From assembly GCA_028710695.1 (NCBI GenBank), contig JAQTTP010000001.1, positions 60,001 to 92,000 on the forward strand: DNA of 32,000 nt. Direction: 5' to 3'. The notes beneath the pieces were generated by a model, which was not told where the DNA came from, did no database searches, and saw only the letters and a list, made by a program, of their open reading frames with translations. Source of the DNA: Candidatus Iainarchaeum sp. GTDB taxonomy: Archaea; Iainarchaeota; Iainarchaeia; Iainarchaeales; 0-14-0-20-30-16. A program made the position numbers and the translations under genes. This document shows, in pieces, positions 17,509 to 27,010 of the stretch. Position 1 is the stretch's first letter. Every line of letters begins with the position of its first letter.

Positions 17509-17835
17509 ATGGATAAAAAAATAATTTGGTTAACTGTTTTTACTGTTATATTATCTGCTCTTGCAGTAGCTTTCTTGTGGAAATATACTTGGGCCTTATT
17601 TGGGGTTTTATTAGTTATTGCAATTTACAATTTTGTTGTAAGCAAATCTATGCAAGAACTTAAACTGTTTATCTTTGGAGCAATTATCGGCCCAGTTTTT
17701 GAAATATTTGTAATTTCTTTTGGCGCTTGGACTTATCCCGCTCCAAACTTATATAATATCCCCGTATGGTTAGTTTTGTTATGGGGTTTAGCCACATTAG
17801 TACTAATAAGAGCAAAAGATTACTTCAAAAAGTGA
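17509..17835 (+). CDS. Small multi-pass membrane protein
   Basis: 108 aa from ATG 17509 (ORF to 17500); four hydrophobic segments, FEIFVISFGAWTYPAPNLYNIPVWLVLLWG. Confidence 0.65.
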   Translation: MDKKIIWLTVFTVILSALAVAFLWKYTWALFGVLLVIAIYNFVVSKSMQELKLFIFGAIIGPVFEIFVISFGAWTYPAPNLYNIPVWLVLLWGLATLVLIRAKDYFKK

Positions 17836-17874
17836 GTAATTCTTTTTTTATTATCTTCTTTTCAAGATTATCTT

Positions 17875-20403
17875 ATGCTTAAATCCCTGTACCTGAAGAA
17901 CTGGAAAAGCCACAAGGAGACAAGAGTGGATCTTTCTAAGGGTGCCAATGTAATAGTTGGAACAATAGGTGCGGGAAAGACAAGCATAGTAGAAGGTATT
18001 GCTTTTTCTCTTTTTGGAACAACCCAATCTGTGATCTCAAAAGGCATTTCTGTAAAAGATCTAATTATGCAAAAGCCAAACAAAGAAGACAATGCGGAAG
18101 TTATTCTTGAAATCGAAATGGAAAACAATCTCTACAAAATAGAGCGCCAGATATTTGAAAACAAAAGTTCTCAAGCAAGAATTTATTGTAATGACTTGTT
18201 AGTTGCTGGCCCAAAGCCCCAAGACGTAAATAAGAAAATAGAAGAATTATTTTTTGTGAATTTTGACTTGTTTATGCGTGCAAATTATTCTGAGCAGAAT
18301 CAGCTTGATTTTTTTGTAAAGCTTCAACCAAGAGAAAGAAAAACAATATTTGACAGTATCTTAGGCATTGATGTTTTTGACAATATAGAACGAAACTCAA
18401 AGCAAGTGCTAAATAGATTAAAAGATAAGTTGGATTTAGAAAAAACAAATTATGAACAAAACGGAAAGACCTTGGAATCATTTAATTATTCTACTTTACA
18501 AAACACAAAAAAAGAATTGGAAAATTTAATTGCAGAAACAGAATTGAATTTGAAAGCTCTGCTTACTGAATCTGAAAAAATGAAAACAGATCTTTTTGAA
18601 TTGAAAAAAAACCAAGATAGATACGACTCGATAACGGACAAGCTGTTTGTTTTTGATGGCCAAATATTAAATTTATCCTCATTCATAAAAGACAAAAAAT
18701 ACCTTTCAGAAGATCCTCTCGCAGATCTTGAAAAACAGAACAATCTCGCAAAAAAACAATTTGAAGAGCTATCTAAAGCCCATAAAGAAAAACAAAACCT
18801 TTTAGCAGAAATTTCTTTGCTAAAAAAACAAGAACTTGAACTTAACTTAAAGTTGAAAGACTATGAATTGAAAAACCTTGATGAAATAAAAAAAGATTAT
18901 GAATTAATTTCTGTTGAAAAGCAAGAGGCAGAACAAGCCCAAACAAAACACAAGTCAGAAATAGAACTAAAAAGACAGAAATTATTTTTTGAGCAAGAGG
19001 AATATAGCAAAGCAAAACCAATTTTGGAAAAACTAAGATCCCTTAGTAATATAGAGAAAGAATATTCTGTTCTTGTGCAATCAATAGAACAAGACAAAAA
19101 CCAAGAAATTGCTTTATCTGAGAAAATAAGTTCCATAGAAACTGAGTTGTCAATTTTAGAAAAAGGAGAAAAAGATTGCCCTCTCTGTGGTTCAGAATTA
19201 GACGAAACACATTTGAAAAAAGTGCGGGCTGCAAAGAACGAATTAAAAGTAGGTTTTGAAAACGATTTGAAGAAAATAAAAGAGAAACAAACCAATAATA
19301 AAAAAGAGTTCGGCCAAATAGAAAAAAAGTATTTGTATTTTATTGAAAATAAGTCATATCTTTCAAAAGACTATTCATCAACTGATTCTGACAAAAAAGA
19401 ATTGGACGTCTTGTTAGAACAGTTTTCAAAACAAGAGCAAAAATATTTGGAATTAAACAAAAAATATGAAAAAATAAAGAAAGAATATGAGGCATCAAGT
19501 AATTATTATTTTATTTCAGAACAGCTAAAGTCAATAATTAGTAAAAAAGAGCTAAATGAAAAACTTTTTGGCGGCTTTAATGTTGACGATGAATTGCTAA
19601 AGCAAAAAGAAGAAACTCAAAAAAGCTTGGAGAAACAAATAGAATACAAAAAACATCAGCAAGAACTAGAACTTTTACAAAAACAAAAAGAAATATTGCA
19701 AAAAGAAAAAGAAAGTATAAAGTTCACAAAAAAAGATTTAGAATCATTGCAAACAAAGTATTATGATAATCTTGCCAAGATAAGTTCAATTACAGAAATT
19801 GTGGCAAATAAAAAAGAAAGCCTTGTAGAACTTGTTAAACAGGAAAAAATAATTATCGAATTTAAAGAAAGATTAAATCTTTCTAAATCGAAAATGGAAA
19901 AATACTCTTTAGTTACTGAAGATATGTCTTTGTTTAACACAGTTGCAAAAAAGACACAAGAAGATTTGAGAAAAAGAATTATCGAAAAAATAAATATAAT
20001 CTTTTCTGAGCTTTGGAACCAATTGTATCCTTACACCGATTTCAAAAAAGTAGAAATAAGTGTAAAAGATGGGGATTATAAGATCGAAATTTATTTTAAC
20101 AATTACAAAAGAGATTTGGATTCATTTGTTAGTGGCGGAGAACGGTCTCTAATTGCTTTGTGTTTGCGTGTAGCAATAAGTTTAGCTATGCAAAACAAAT
20201 TAGATTTAATTATCTTGGACGAACCAACCCACAATCTAGACAAGAACTCAATCCAATCTTTGTCAACAATGATAAATGAAATGCTTCCAAAGTATATTGG
20301 CCAAATTGTAGTTATAACCCATGATGAATTATTAAGTTCTTATTCAAATAATGTTCTTGCAGTAAAAAGAAACAAAGAATTAGATTCTGCAAGTAGTGTT
20401 TAA
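17875..20403 (+). CDS. rad50: Rad50-type SMC-family ATPase
   Basis: 842 aa; Walker A GTIGAGKTS, central CPLCGSEL zinc hook in coiled coil, signature FVSGGERS, Walker B LDLIILDEPTHNLD. Confidence 0.9.
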   Translation: MLKSLYLKNWKSHKETRVDLSKGANVIVGTIGAGKTSIVEGIAFSLFGTTQSVISKGISVKDLIMQKPNKEDNAEVILEIEMENNLYKIERQIFENKSSQARIYCNDLLVAGPKPQDVNKKIEELFFVNFDLFMRANYSEQNQLDFFVKLQPRERKTIFDSILGIDVFDNIERNSKQVLNRLKDKLDLEKTNYEQNGKTLESFNYSTLQNTKKELENLIAETELNLKALLTESEKMKTDLFELKKNQDRYDSITDKLFVFDGQILNLSSFIKDKKYLSEDPLADLEKQNNLAKKQFEELSKAHKEKQNLLAEISLLKKQELELNLKLKDYELKNLDEIKKDYELISVEKQEAEQAQTKHKSEIELKRQKLFFEQEEYSKAKPILEKLRSLSNIEKEYSVLVQSIEQDKNQEIALSEKISSIETELSILEKGEKDCPLCGSELDETHLKKVRAAKNELKVGFENDLKKIKEKQTNNKKEFGQIEKKYLYFIENKSYLSKDYSSTDSDKKELDVLLEQFSKQEQKYLELNKKYEKIKKEYEASSNYYFISEQLKSIISKKELNEKLFGGFNVDDELLKQKEETQKSLEKQIEYKKHQQELELLQKQKEILQKEKESIKFTKKDLESLQTKYYDNLAKISSITEIVANKKESLVELVKQEKIIIEFKERLNLSKSKMEKYSLVTEDMSLFNTVAKKTQEDLRKRIIEKINIIFSELWNQLYPYTDFKKVEISVKDGDYKIEIYFNNYKRDLDSFVSGGERSLIALCLRVAISLAMQNKLDLIILDEPTHNLDKNSIQSLSTMINEMLPKYIGQIVVITHDELLSSYSNNVLAVKRNKELDSASSV

Positions 20404-20419
20404 ATTTGAGGTGTTGAGA

Positions 20420-20557
20420 ATGGAATGTAAGAAAGAAGAAAACAAAAAGAATTGTACTTGTCCAAAAAAAGATTGTGTAAGGAATGGGCTTTGCTGTGAT
20501 TGTGTAGAATATCATAGATCACAAGGGAATCTTCCAAATTGTCTGCGGGCTAAATAA
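20420..20557 (+). CDS. Small Cys-rich protein (DUF6485-like), not in supplied ORF track
   Basis: Hand translation: MECKKEENKKNCTCPKKDCVRNGLCCDCVEYHRSQGNLPNCLRAK (45 aa); nearby upstream gaggtgttgag. Confidence 0.7.
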   Translation: MECKKEENKKNCTCPKKDCVRNGLCCDCVEYHRSQGNLPNCLRAK

Positions 20558-21707
20558 AGAATATCAACACGGGCACAATAATCCCGGCCATAAGCAGGGT
20601 TCGAGAGTTATTTGATACAATACAAATATACCCTGTTAGTCCGCATAAAACAAAGATGAAAATCCCGAACAAGTTTGTTGATATTGCTGCCAGCACGAAC
20701 AAAATAACTGGAATCACAAATTTTATTTTGTTTCCAATCTTATTTCCAAGCCTGACAAACAATTTTCCGATATAATATGTGATAATTACTCCTGCAATAA
20801 CAAAAATAATTGTAAGTAAATAAGTGTAATACCACGGAACATTTAATGGCAGATAATATGCAGTTCCAGTTCTTGCTTTACCCGTAAAATAAATATTTAC
20901 AAAAGAAAGTAGCATTACACAAACCCCTACACCCCCAATTATCTGTAAATAATCAGTTTTTTCTTTGAACAACTTTAATTCTTTACCTAAAAAAGCAGCG
21001 AATCCACTTCCAAGTCCGGGAAAAAATGTTACCAGCAAAGAAAGAAAGTTTGCAATGATTCCGTTTTTTATTAGCCCCGGGGCTTTTTCTGTTTTATCAC
21101 TTTGTTTTATCCATTCTGTTTTATAATAAAATAATGTTATTGCGGAAGACAACCCAAATAAGCCTCCAACCAAAACAAATAAAGGATTAGAAACGATTTC
21201 TGTAGTTAAACAAACATATCCCAAACAAGAAGCAAGAATCACAACAACAATTGAATAGATGTTTTTTGTTTTCTTAATTACTAAAAATAAAAAGCACAAA
21301 CTCAAAACAGGCACGATAATGTAAGGATAAAACGAAATAATTTTTTTAGAATAGAAAATAATTAACACAACAAAAGGCAAACTAAACACTGCAGAAACTA
21401 AAATTGCTTTTAGAGTTATCACTAGTGCGGCGAATGCTTTCCCTTTTTTAAAATATTCTTGCCCAGGCAAAACAGAAAGATAGTTTGCATCTGTTGGAAC
21501 CATAAAAAAATATGCAGGAATAAAAGATAAGCAAACATACAAAACAGAACTCAAAAGCACACAGAAATAAAGTTCTTGAGAGCCAAGCAAGCTAGAAACA
21601 AAAGGCATAATTTGGTTTATGTGCAAAGATGGAATCAATCCACTTAGGAATCCAAAAAGAGTACCAAATCCAATTCCACTTAAGGCATTAATTAGCTCAA
21701 AAACCAT
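20550..21707 (-). CDS. TctA/DUF112-like transporter-family membrane protein
   Basis: 385 aa; N-terminus GIGFGTLFGFLSGLIPSLHINQI and repeated GGLFGLSSAITL/FFPGLGSGFAAFLG segments as in tricarboxylate TctA-like proteins. Confidence 0.65.
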   Translation of the reverse strand: MVFELINALSGIGFGTLFGFLSGLIPSLHINQIMPFVSSLLGSQELYFCVLLSSVLYVCLSFIPAYFFMVPTDANYLSVLPGQEYFKKGKAFAALVITLKAILVSAVFSLPFVVLIIFYSKKIISFYPYIIVPVLSLCFLFLVIKKTKNIYSIVVVILASCLGYVCLTTEIVSNPLFVLVGGLFGLSSAITLFYYKTEWIKQSDKTEKAPGLIKNGIIANFLSLLVTFFPGLGSGFAAFLGKELKLFKEKTDYLQIIGGVGVCVMLLSFVNIYFTGKARTGTAYYLPLNVPWYYTYLLTIIFVIAGVIITYYIGKLFVRLGNKIGNKIKFVIPVILFVLAAISTNLFGIFIFVLCGLTGYICIVSNNSRTLLMAGIIVPVLIFFI

Positions 21708-21762
21708 TGCTTTATAATAACAAAAACCATAATTATATAGTTTCTGGTAGTTTGGTGATTAG

Positions 21763-23013
21763 ATGATAGTTTACGCAGATTTACACTTACATGGCCCTAA
21801 TGCTGGCGGAACAAGCAAGAATCTAAGTATTGAATTGATTGCCAAGTATTCAAAACTTAAAGGCCTAAACTTAACTGCATCAGGAGATATCCTGAACAAA
21901 GAATGGCTTGATATGGTTCGGAATTCAGTTGTTCTAGATAATGGTTCATTTTATCACGATGTTAATGGCGAAAAACAGCATATTATGTTACAAACAGAAA
22001 TAGAAACTGCTGGCAGAGTCCACCACATTTTATTATTCCCTGATTTTGAAACTGTTGAAAATGTAAGATCAATCTTAGGAAAGTACGCAAAGTTAGATGG
22101 CTATATGAACGGCAGACCAAGAATTGCTTTACCCGCAAAAGAAACATTTAAACTTTTGGCAAATGAAGAAATAATCTTTGGACCTGCACATGCATTTACC
22201 CCTTATTTTTCAATATATGCACATTATAATTCCTTAAAAGAAGCTTATGGGGATTTATTGGACAGAGTAGCATTTATGGAATTGGGCTTAAGTGCGGATT
22301 CTTATGGTGCAAACAATATTGCAGAACTAAAAAATATACCATTTTTAAGTAATAGTGATGCACACTCTTTTTGGCCACATAGAATGGGCAGGGAATTTAA
22401 CAAATTTGAATTATCAAACCCAAATTACAAAGGCCTTAAAGATGGTTTAAAGTTTTGGGAAGAAAAGCACCTTTTGAATGTTGGTTTGAATCCACAAGAA
22501 GGAATGTATAACAGGACGGCATGTAATTCTTGTTACAAAATTTATTCTTTAAAACAGGCAGTAGAAAACAATTGGAAATGTGATTGTGGAAAACCAATAA
22601 AAAAAGGAGTTTCAGAAAGAATAGAAGAACTTTCAAGTCCAAATCAAGAATACACTCGTGCAAAATACGTACACTCTCTTCCATTGGCAGAAATAATACA
22701 GCTTGCATTGAAATCGAAAAATGTATTTTCTGTGCAAGTTCAAAGTTTGTGGGAAAAGTTTGTTAATACAATTGGCACAGAAATTGACGTTCTGTTAAAT
22801 GCAAAAGATGAAACTCTTTTATCAATAGATGAGAATATTGCAAAATACATTATTGCATTTAGAAAAGGATATGTAGTTTACAAGCCCGGTGGTGGCGGAT
22901 CATATGGTGTGCCTTACATTACATTTTCAGAAGCTGAAAAAGTGGCAAAACAAAAAGAAATAGATGCAGAGATTTCTGGAAAGGCCAAACAGATCCAAAA
23001 GAAATTATTTTAG
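21763..23013 (+). CDS. Endonuclease Q (EndoQ)-like PHP-domain protein
   Basis: 416 aa; PHP N-terminus YADLHLHGPNAGG, ASGDI, FGPAHAFTP, SNSDAHS, and zinc motif CNSCYKIY...CDCGKP. Confidence 0.85.
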   Translation: MIVYADLHLHGPNAGGTSKNLSIELIAKYSKLKGLNLTASGDILNKEWLDMVRNSVVLDNGSFYHDVNGEKQHIMLQTEIETAGRVHHILLFPDFETVENVRSILGKYAKLDGYMNGRPRIALPAKETFKLLANEEIIFGPAHAFTPYFSIYAHYNSLKEAYGDLLDRVAFMELGLSADSYGANNIAELKNIPFLSNSDAHSFWPHRMGREFNKFELSNPNYKGLKDGLKFWEEKHLLNVGLNPQEGMYNRTACNSCYKIYSLKQAVENNWKCDCGKPIKKGVSERIEELSSPNQEYTRAKYVHSLPLAEIIQLALKSKNVFSVQVQSLWEKFVNTIGTEIDVLLNAKDETLLSIDENIAKYIIAFRKGYVVYKPGGGGSYGVPYITFSEAEKVAKQKEIDAEISGKAKQIQKKLF

Positions 23014-23553
23014 CGGAAAAGATCTAACCCGCCTATAAATTGTACCATTCTCGGAAATTACACTTTCATACAAAACTACATTGTCTACTTGCATCTTGCC
23101 AAAATCAAGATTAGAAAGTTCAGAAATTAATTCTGCTAACTTGTCTGGATTTAATAAGTATTTAGTTCTTGCAAAAGTTATATGTGGGACTATTTTTTTG
23201 TAATCTTCTTTTTTTATATTGTCAAATTCTGCCCGAAAGCTACGTGTTAAGTCTATTAGCCCTTTGCCTTTTGCCCCAAGCCATAGAACCCTTGGATTTT
23301 TTAAATCTGGAAAAAGCCCAGCCCCCTCGGCCAACGCCTTGAAGCTTTTTGTATTCCCAACAGCTTTTTCAACTCTTTTTTCTATATTGGATAGCCTAAG
23401 CGGGTTTATTTCCCCTAGAAATTTGACAGTTATATGCATGTTTTCATATGGGCTAAAGTTCAAGTTTGGGAATTTTTTCTTTTTTGGTTCAAGCGTTTCA
23501 TAGATTTTTTCTTTAATTTCATCAGAAATTGGGATTCCCACAAACAATCGCAT
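23005..23553 (-). CDS. thpR: RNA 2',3'-cyclic phosphodiesterase / 2'-5' RNA ligase family
   Basis: 182 aa; two H-x-T/x motifs HITVKFLGE and HITFAR. Confidence 0.9.
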   Translation of the reverse strand: MRLFVGIPISDEIKEKIYETLEPKKKKFPNLNFSPYENMHITVKFLGEINPLRLSNIEKRVEKAVGNTKSFKALAEGAGLFPDLKNPRVLWLGAKGKGLIDLTRSFRAEFDNIKKEDYKKIVPHITFARTKYLLNPDKLAELISELSNLDFGKMQVDNVVLYESVISENGTIYRRVRSFPLK

Positions 23554-23613
23554 AATAGAACTTAAAATGAAAAATATAAATACTTTTACTTCTTATACAT
23601 ATAGATTTATGGG

Positions 23614-24114
23614 GTGTTTATGATGTTAAATTTACTTTTTTGGAAAAAAGGCTCAAAGGGACAAGGTGCCTTAGAGTATCTATTAATCATTGGTGCGGCA
23701 ATTCTGATTGCAGCAATAGTAGTGACAATCTTGGTAAAAACCACAAAAACCACAGAAGGATCTGTGGACAAGGTTTACGGGGATTTTAACAAAGTTGTTA
23801 GCGATATAAACTTAGATACCGATATTAATACGGGAGAAGTAAATACGCCAGTAGGTTGTGATGCGGATTGTATTTCAGAAAAGTTTAAAGGCTGTATTCC
23901 AGCAGAACACACAGATCAAACCGGGGACGGGTACGATATAACAATTTATGGTTTAGAACCAGTGACTGATGACCCACCCTATGAAGAAGATGAACTGTGG
24001 TGTAAAATAAACGTTTATAAAGAATCCGAATTAGACACTAACTGTATTATTCCAGAATATTGGTTATATAATGAATTAACAACTGCGATAATAGAACACT
24101 GTGATTTGGGCTAG
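23614..24114 (+). CDS. Archaeal type IV pilin-like (class III signal peptide) protein
   Basis: KKGSKGQGALEYLLIIGAAILIAAIVVTILV; 6 Cys in the mature exposed domain. Confidence 0.85.
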   Translation: MFMMLNLLFWKKGSKGQGALEYLLIIGAAILIAAIVVTILVKTTKTTEGSVDKVYGDFNKVVSDINLDTDINTGEVNTPVGCDADCISEKFKGCIPAEHTDQTGDGYDITIYGLEPVTDDPPYEEDELWCKINVYKESELDTNCIIPEYWLYNELTTAIIEHCDLG

Positions 24115-24219
24115 GCAAATCCGCCCCCCTTCATTCTTTATTTTATATAACATATAAAAACATTATCATACATTTAATATTCAACAATTAAGAGAAAGTC
24201 TTATTTTGGACGTGATTTA

Positions 24220-25260
24220 ATGGCCTTCATAGATAGTTTATTTGAACATAAGAAATACTTATATCTTTTGATAATTCCTGCAATCATATTTGTGATTGCA
24301 ATCATATCTACCTTCTTTGTGCCTACAAGCATAGATTTGAAGGGTGGAGTTCTAATAATAATGCAAACAGACCAGGATGTAACCCCTAAGGCCCTTGAGG
24401 AAGCCATATCTTCCAAATTTGGAATAAATGAGGTTAAAGTTACTGTAACCCAAGGAATTGGCCTTAAGGGTGTTCAGGTACAATACCTTCAGGCGAAAGA
24501 TGTAATGGATCTTGATGCATTGATAAAGAGCATTGAATCTACTTCAGAAAACGATGTTGAGCTGGCAAAGACCCAGGCATTAAAATATTTAACTGAAAAC
24601 AACATACAAGTTGAAAAGAAAGAATTAACTGATTTGCTTAATGCTATGAAGCAAGAATATAACAACAAAAAGAACGTAACAATAAGCGATATATCTTCAT
24701 TTTTAGTATCTGATTATGGTGCAAAAGCAGAAACTGCACAAATTAAAGAGATTGCCCCTACTTTGGGAGCTACTTTTTATAAAACAGCAATAAATGTTGG
24801 AATCACTGCACTAGTTTTGATTGCGATAGTGGTATTTTTATTTTTTAGAAAGCCAATACCTTGTTTTGCAGTTATTTTATCTGCGATTTTAGATTTATTT
24901 GGTGGGTTATTGGGTATGGCAATATTTGGAATACCCTTATCATTGGTAACTATTCCTGCATTGCTTATGTTAGTTGGTTATTCAATTGACACAGATGTAA
25001 TGCTTACAGCAAAACTATTGAAACAGCAAGGCGGAAGCGTAAAAGAAAAAACTTTGTCAGCTTTGAAAACAGGTTTAACTATGACTTTAACATCATTTGC
25101 TGCTGTTGTAGTAATGGCAATAGTTGCATATGTAATGAACATAACTGTATTGTACGACATGTCAATCGTATTATCTTTTGGATTATTAGTTGATATAATC
25201 TCAACATGGCTAATGAATGCCCCAATTTTATTGTGGTATGTTGAGCACAAGAGTAAATGA
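24220..25260 (+). CDS. secF: Protein translocase subunit SecF
   Basis: 346 aa; N-terminal TM, DLKGGVLIIM, C-terminal TM bundle with GYSIDTDVMLTAKLLKQ. Confidence 0.85.
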   Translation: MAFIDSLFEHKKYLYLLIIPAIIFVIAIISTFFVPTSIDLKGGVLIIMQTDQDVTPKALEEAISSKFGINEVKVTVTQGIGLKGVQVQYLQAKDVMDLDALIKSIESTSENDVELAKTQALKYLTENNIQVEKKELTDLLNAMKQEYNNKKNVTISDISSFLVSDYGAKAETAQIKEIAPTLGATFYKTAINVGITALVLIAIVVFLFFRKPIPCFAVILSAILDLFGGLLGMAIFGIPLSLVTIPALLMLVGYSIDTDVMLTAKLLKQQGGSVKEKTLSALKTGLTMTLTSFAAVVVMAIVAYVMNITVLYDMSIVLSFGLLVDIISTWLMNAPILLWYVEHKSK

Positions 25261-25269
25261 GGGATCTGA

Positions 25270-26868
25270 ATGGAATTTAAAGACGTTATAAAGAAACCGA
25301 GAGTTGCAATATTAATCTTTTTGCTTATTATTGGTGCAATAATATTGGGTGTAAACGGCCTTAAATATGGTCTAGATTTTAGTGGTGGAACCCAATTTAC
25401 TATTGAACTTGATAAAGAAGTTACTGACGCAAGTACTTTAGCCTTAGTAACTAGTACAATAAGCCAAAGACTTGATTGGTCTGGATTAAAAGACACAACA
25501 GTTAATACCTGGGGTGGAAAATATGTTGTTGCACAAGTTGGAACAACAGATCCTGCAGAAATAGAGGCTTTAGAGTCTGTATTATACAAACAAGGGCGTT
25601 TTGAAAACATCATGGACGGCGAAATACTTTTTAATGGTGAAGATATTCTTTCAGTAGATAAAAATCCTTCTCAAGGATATAGCATAACAGACACAGGTAG
25701 TGGATATTATAGTTGGACTCTACCGTTTACATTAAAAACAAAATCTGCCAAAAAATTTGCAGAAATGACATTCCATAAATGTGTGCCATCAGGAACCGGT
25801 GGAGCATATGATTGTCCAAAAACATTTTTCTTTATTGACAGGCCTTTGAACTCAGTTTTTATAATCCCACAAGACTTATATGACGAGGAGCAATTACTTC
25901 CAACAGATCCAATAAATAAACAATCTTCAACAATAGAACTGGATGAAGCAATGAAAAATGCAAATATTGAATATATAATTGCGGATACAATAGATGCAAA
26001 TGTGATTGCAAAATTAAATGATTATAAATCAAAAGGGATAGAGAAAGTAATAGTTCCAAAAAGTGTTTATGATTTATCTGGCTTAGACTTGAATTTACAA
26101 TTTGTTGAAATAGCAAAGAACAATAAAGAGCCATGGGTTTGGACCGCAAGTGGTCTGAAATCTATTATTTGGGTTAATGAAGATATTACAAATTTAGGGG
26201 CCCCAAATACAAGCTCTTCAAACTTTAAAGTATTTTACACTTTGACTATTAGAGGCAGTGCACAAAACAAGGATGAAGCAGTATACAAATCAGATAATAT
26301 TTTTGTATTACTATCCTCTGGTTCTTTGCCAGTAGGTGTTTCTAATATTTCAAAAGAAACAATATCCCCTGTTTTGGGAGAAAACTTTTTAACTACTATA
26401 TTTATTATAGGAATTTTAGCAATAATTATTGTTGCATTAGTAGTTTATATTAGATATAAACACCCAACATTAATTGCAGCAATTATGGTTTCAACACTAG
26501 CAGAAGTATTTTTAATTTTAGTTTGTGCTTCAATAATTGGTTGGAGACTTGATCTTGCGGCAATTGTTGGTTTAATTGCAGCAATTGGAACTGGTGTAGA
26601 TGATGTTGTAATCATCACTGATGAAATCTCAAAGAACAAGGAAGAAAAAGAAGAACATAGTTTGTTAGCAAAAGTTAAAAGAGCATTCTTCATGATCTTT
26701 GCTGCTGCAGCAACAACTATCGCAGCAATGGTACCAATATTGATCTTTGGCTTCGGATTTGGAAAGCTTACTGGATTTGCTTTGACAGTAATTATGGGTA
26801 TATTGATTGGAGTAATAATCACAAGACCAGCATATTCCGAAGTAGTGAAATACATAATGTCCAAGTAA
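25270..26868 (+). CDS. secD: Protein translocase subunit SecD
   Basis: 532 aa; LKYGLDFSGGTQF and AAIGTGVDDVVIITDE. Confidence 0.9.
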   Translation: MEFKDVIKKPRVAILIFLLIIGAIILGVNGLKYGLDFSGGTQFTIELDKEVTDASTLALVTSTISQRLDWSGLKDTTVNTWGGKYVVAQVGTTDPAEIEALESVLYKQGRFENIMDGEILFNGEDILSVDKNPSQGYSITDTGSGYYSWTLPFTLKTKSAKKFAEMTFHKCVPSGTGGAYDCPKTFFFIDRPLNSVFIIPQDLYDEEQLLPTDPINKQSSTIELDEAMKNANIEYIIADTIDANVIAKLNDYKSKGIEKVIVPKSVYDLSGLDLNLQFVEIAKNNKEPWVWTASGLKSIIWVNEDITNLGAPNTSSSNFKVFYTLTIRGSAQNKDEAVYKSDNIFVLLSSGSLPVGVSNISKETISPVLGENFLTTIFIIGILAIIIVALVVYIRYKHPTLIAAIMVSTLAEVFLILVCASIIGWRLDLAAIVGLIAAIGTGVDDVVIITDEISKNKEEKEEHSLLAKVKRAFFMIFAAAATTIAAMVPILIFGFGFGKLTGFALTVIMGILIGVIITRPAYSEVVKYIMSK

Positions 26869-26869
26869 T

Positions 26870-26892
26870 TAATTCCAAAGTAACTGGAATTA
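26870..26892. other. Hairpin immediately after the secD stop
   Basis: taattcca (26870-26877) - aagtaac - tggaatta (26885-26892). Confidence 0.45.
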
Positions 26893-26897
26893 TTACA

Positions 26898-26937
26898 GGG
26901 GCCTAAAGTAATTTCTGATAAAGAAATTAACTTTTTG
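26898..26937 (+). repeat. Dispersed hairpin element, copy B (downstream of secD)
   Basis: ggggcctaaagtaatttctgataaagaaattaactttttg; arms 26905-26916 and 26922-26934. Confidence 0.6.
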
Positions 26938-26941
26938 TCCA

Positions 26942-26967
26942 AGTAAGGGCAACCTTACTCTTTTTTT
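26942..26967 (+). terminator. Terminator-like hairpin with GCAA tetraloop and T tract
   Basis: AGTAAGG-GCAA-CCTTACT followed by C and TTTTTTT. Confidence 0.6.
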
Positions 26968-27010
26968 ATTTTTCAAAAAGTATATATTTCTTTAGGATTA
27001 AGATGTTATT

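Noticed and set aside
24978-25613. 211-aa minus-strand ORF overlapping secF/secD
   Set aside because: Spans both genes in antisense; no motif, and the sense genes are well supported.
26445-26942. 165-aa minus-strand ORF opposite the secD C-terminus
   Set aside because: Antisense shadow of transmembrane codons; no homology recognised.
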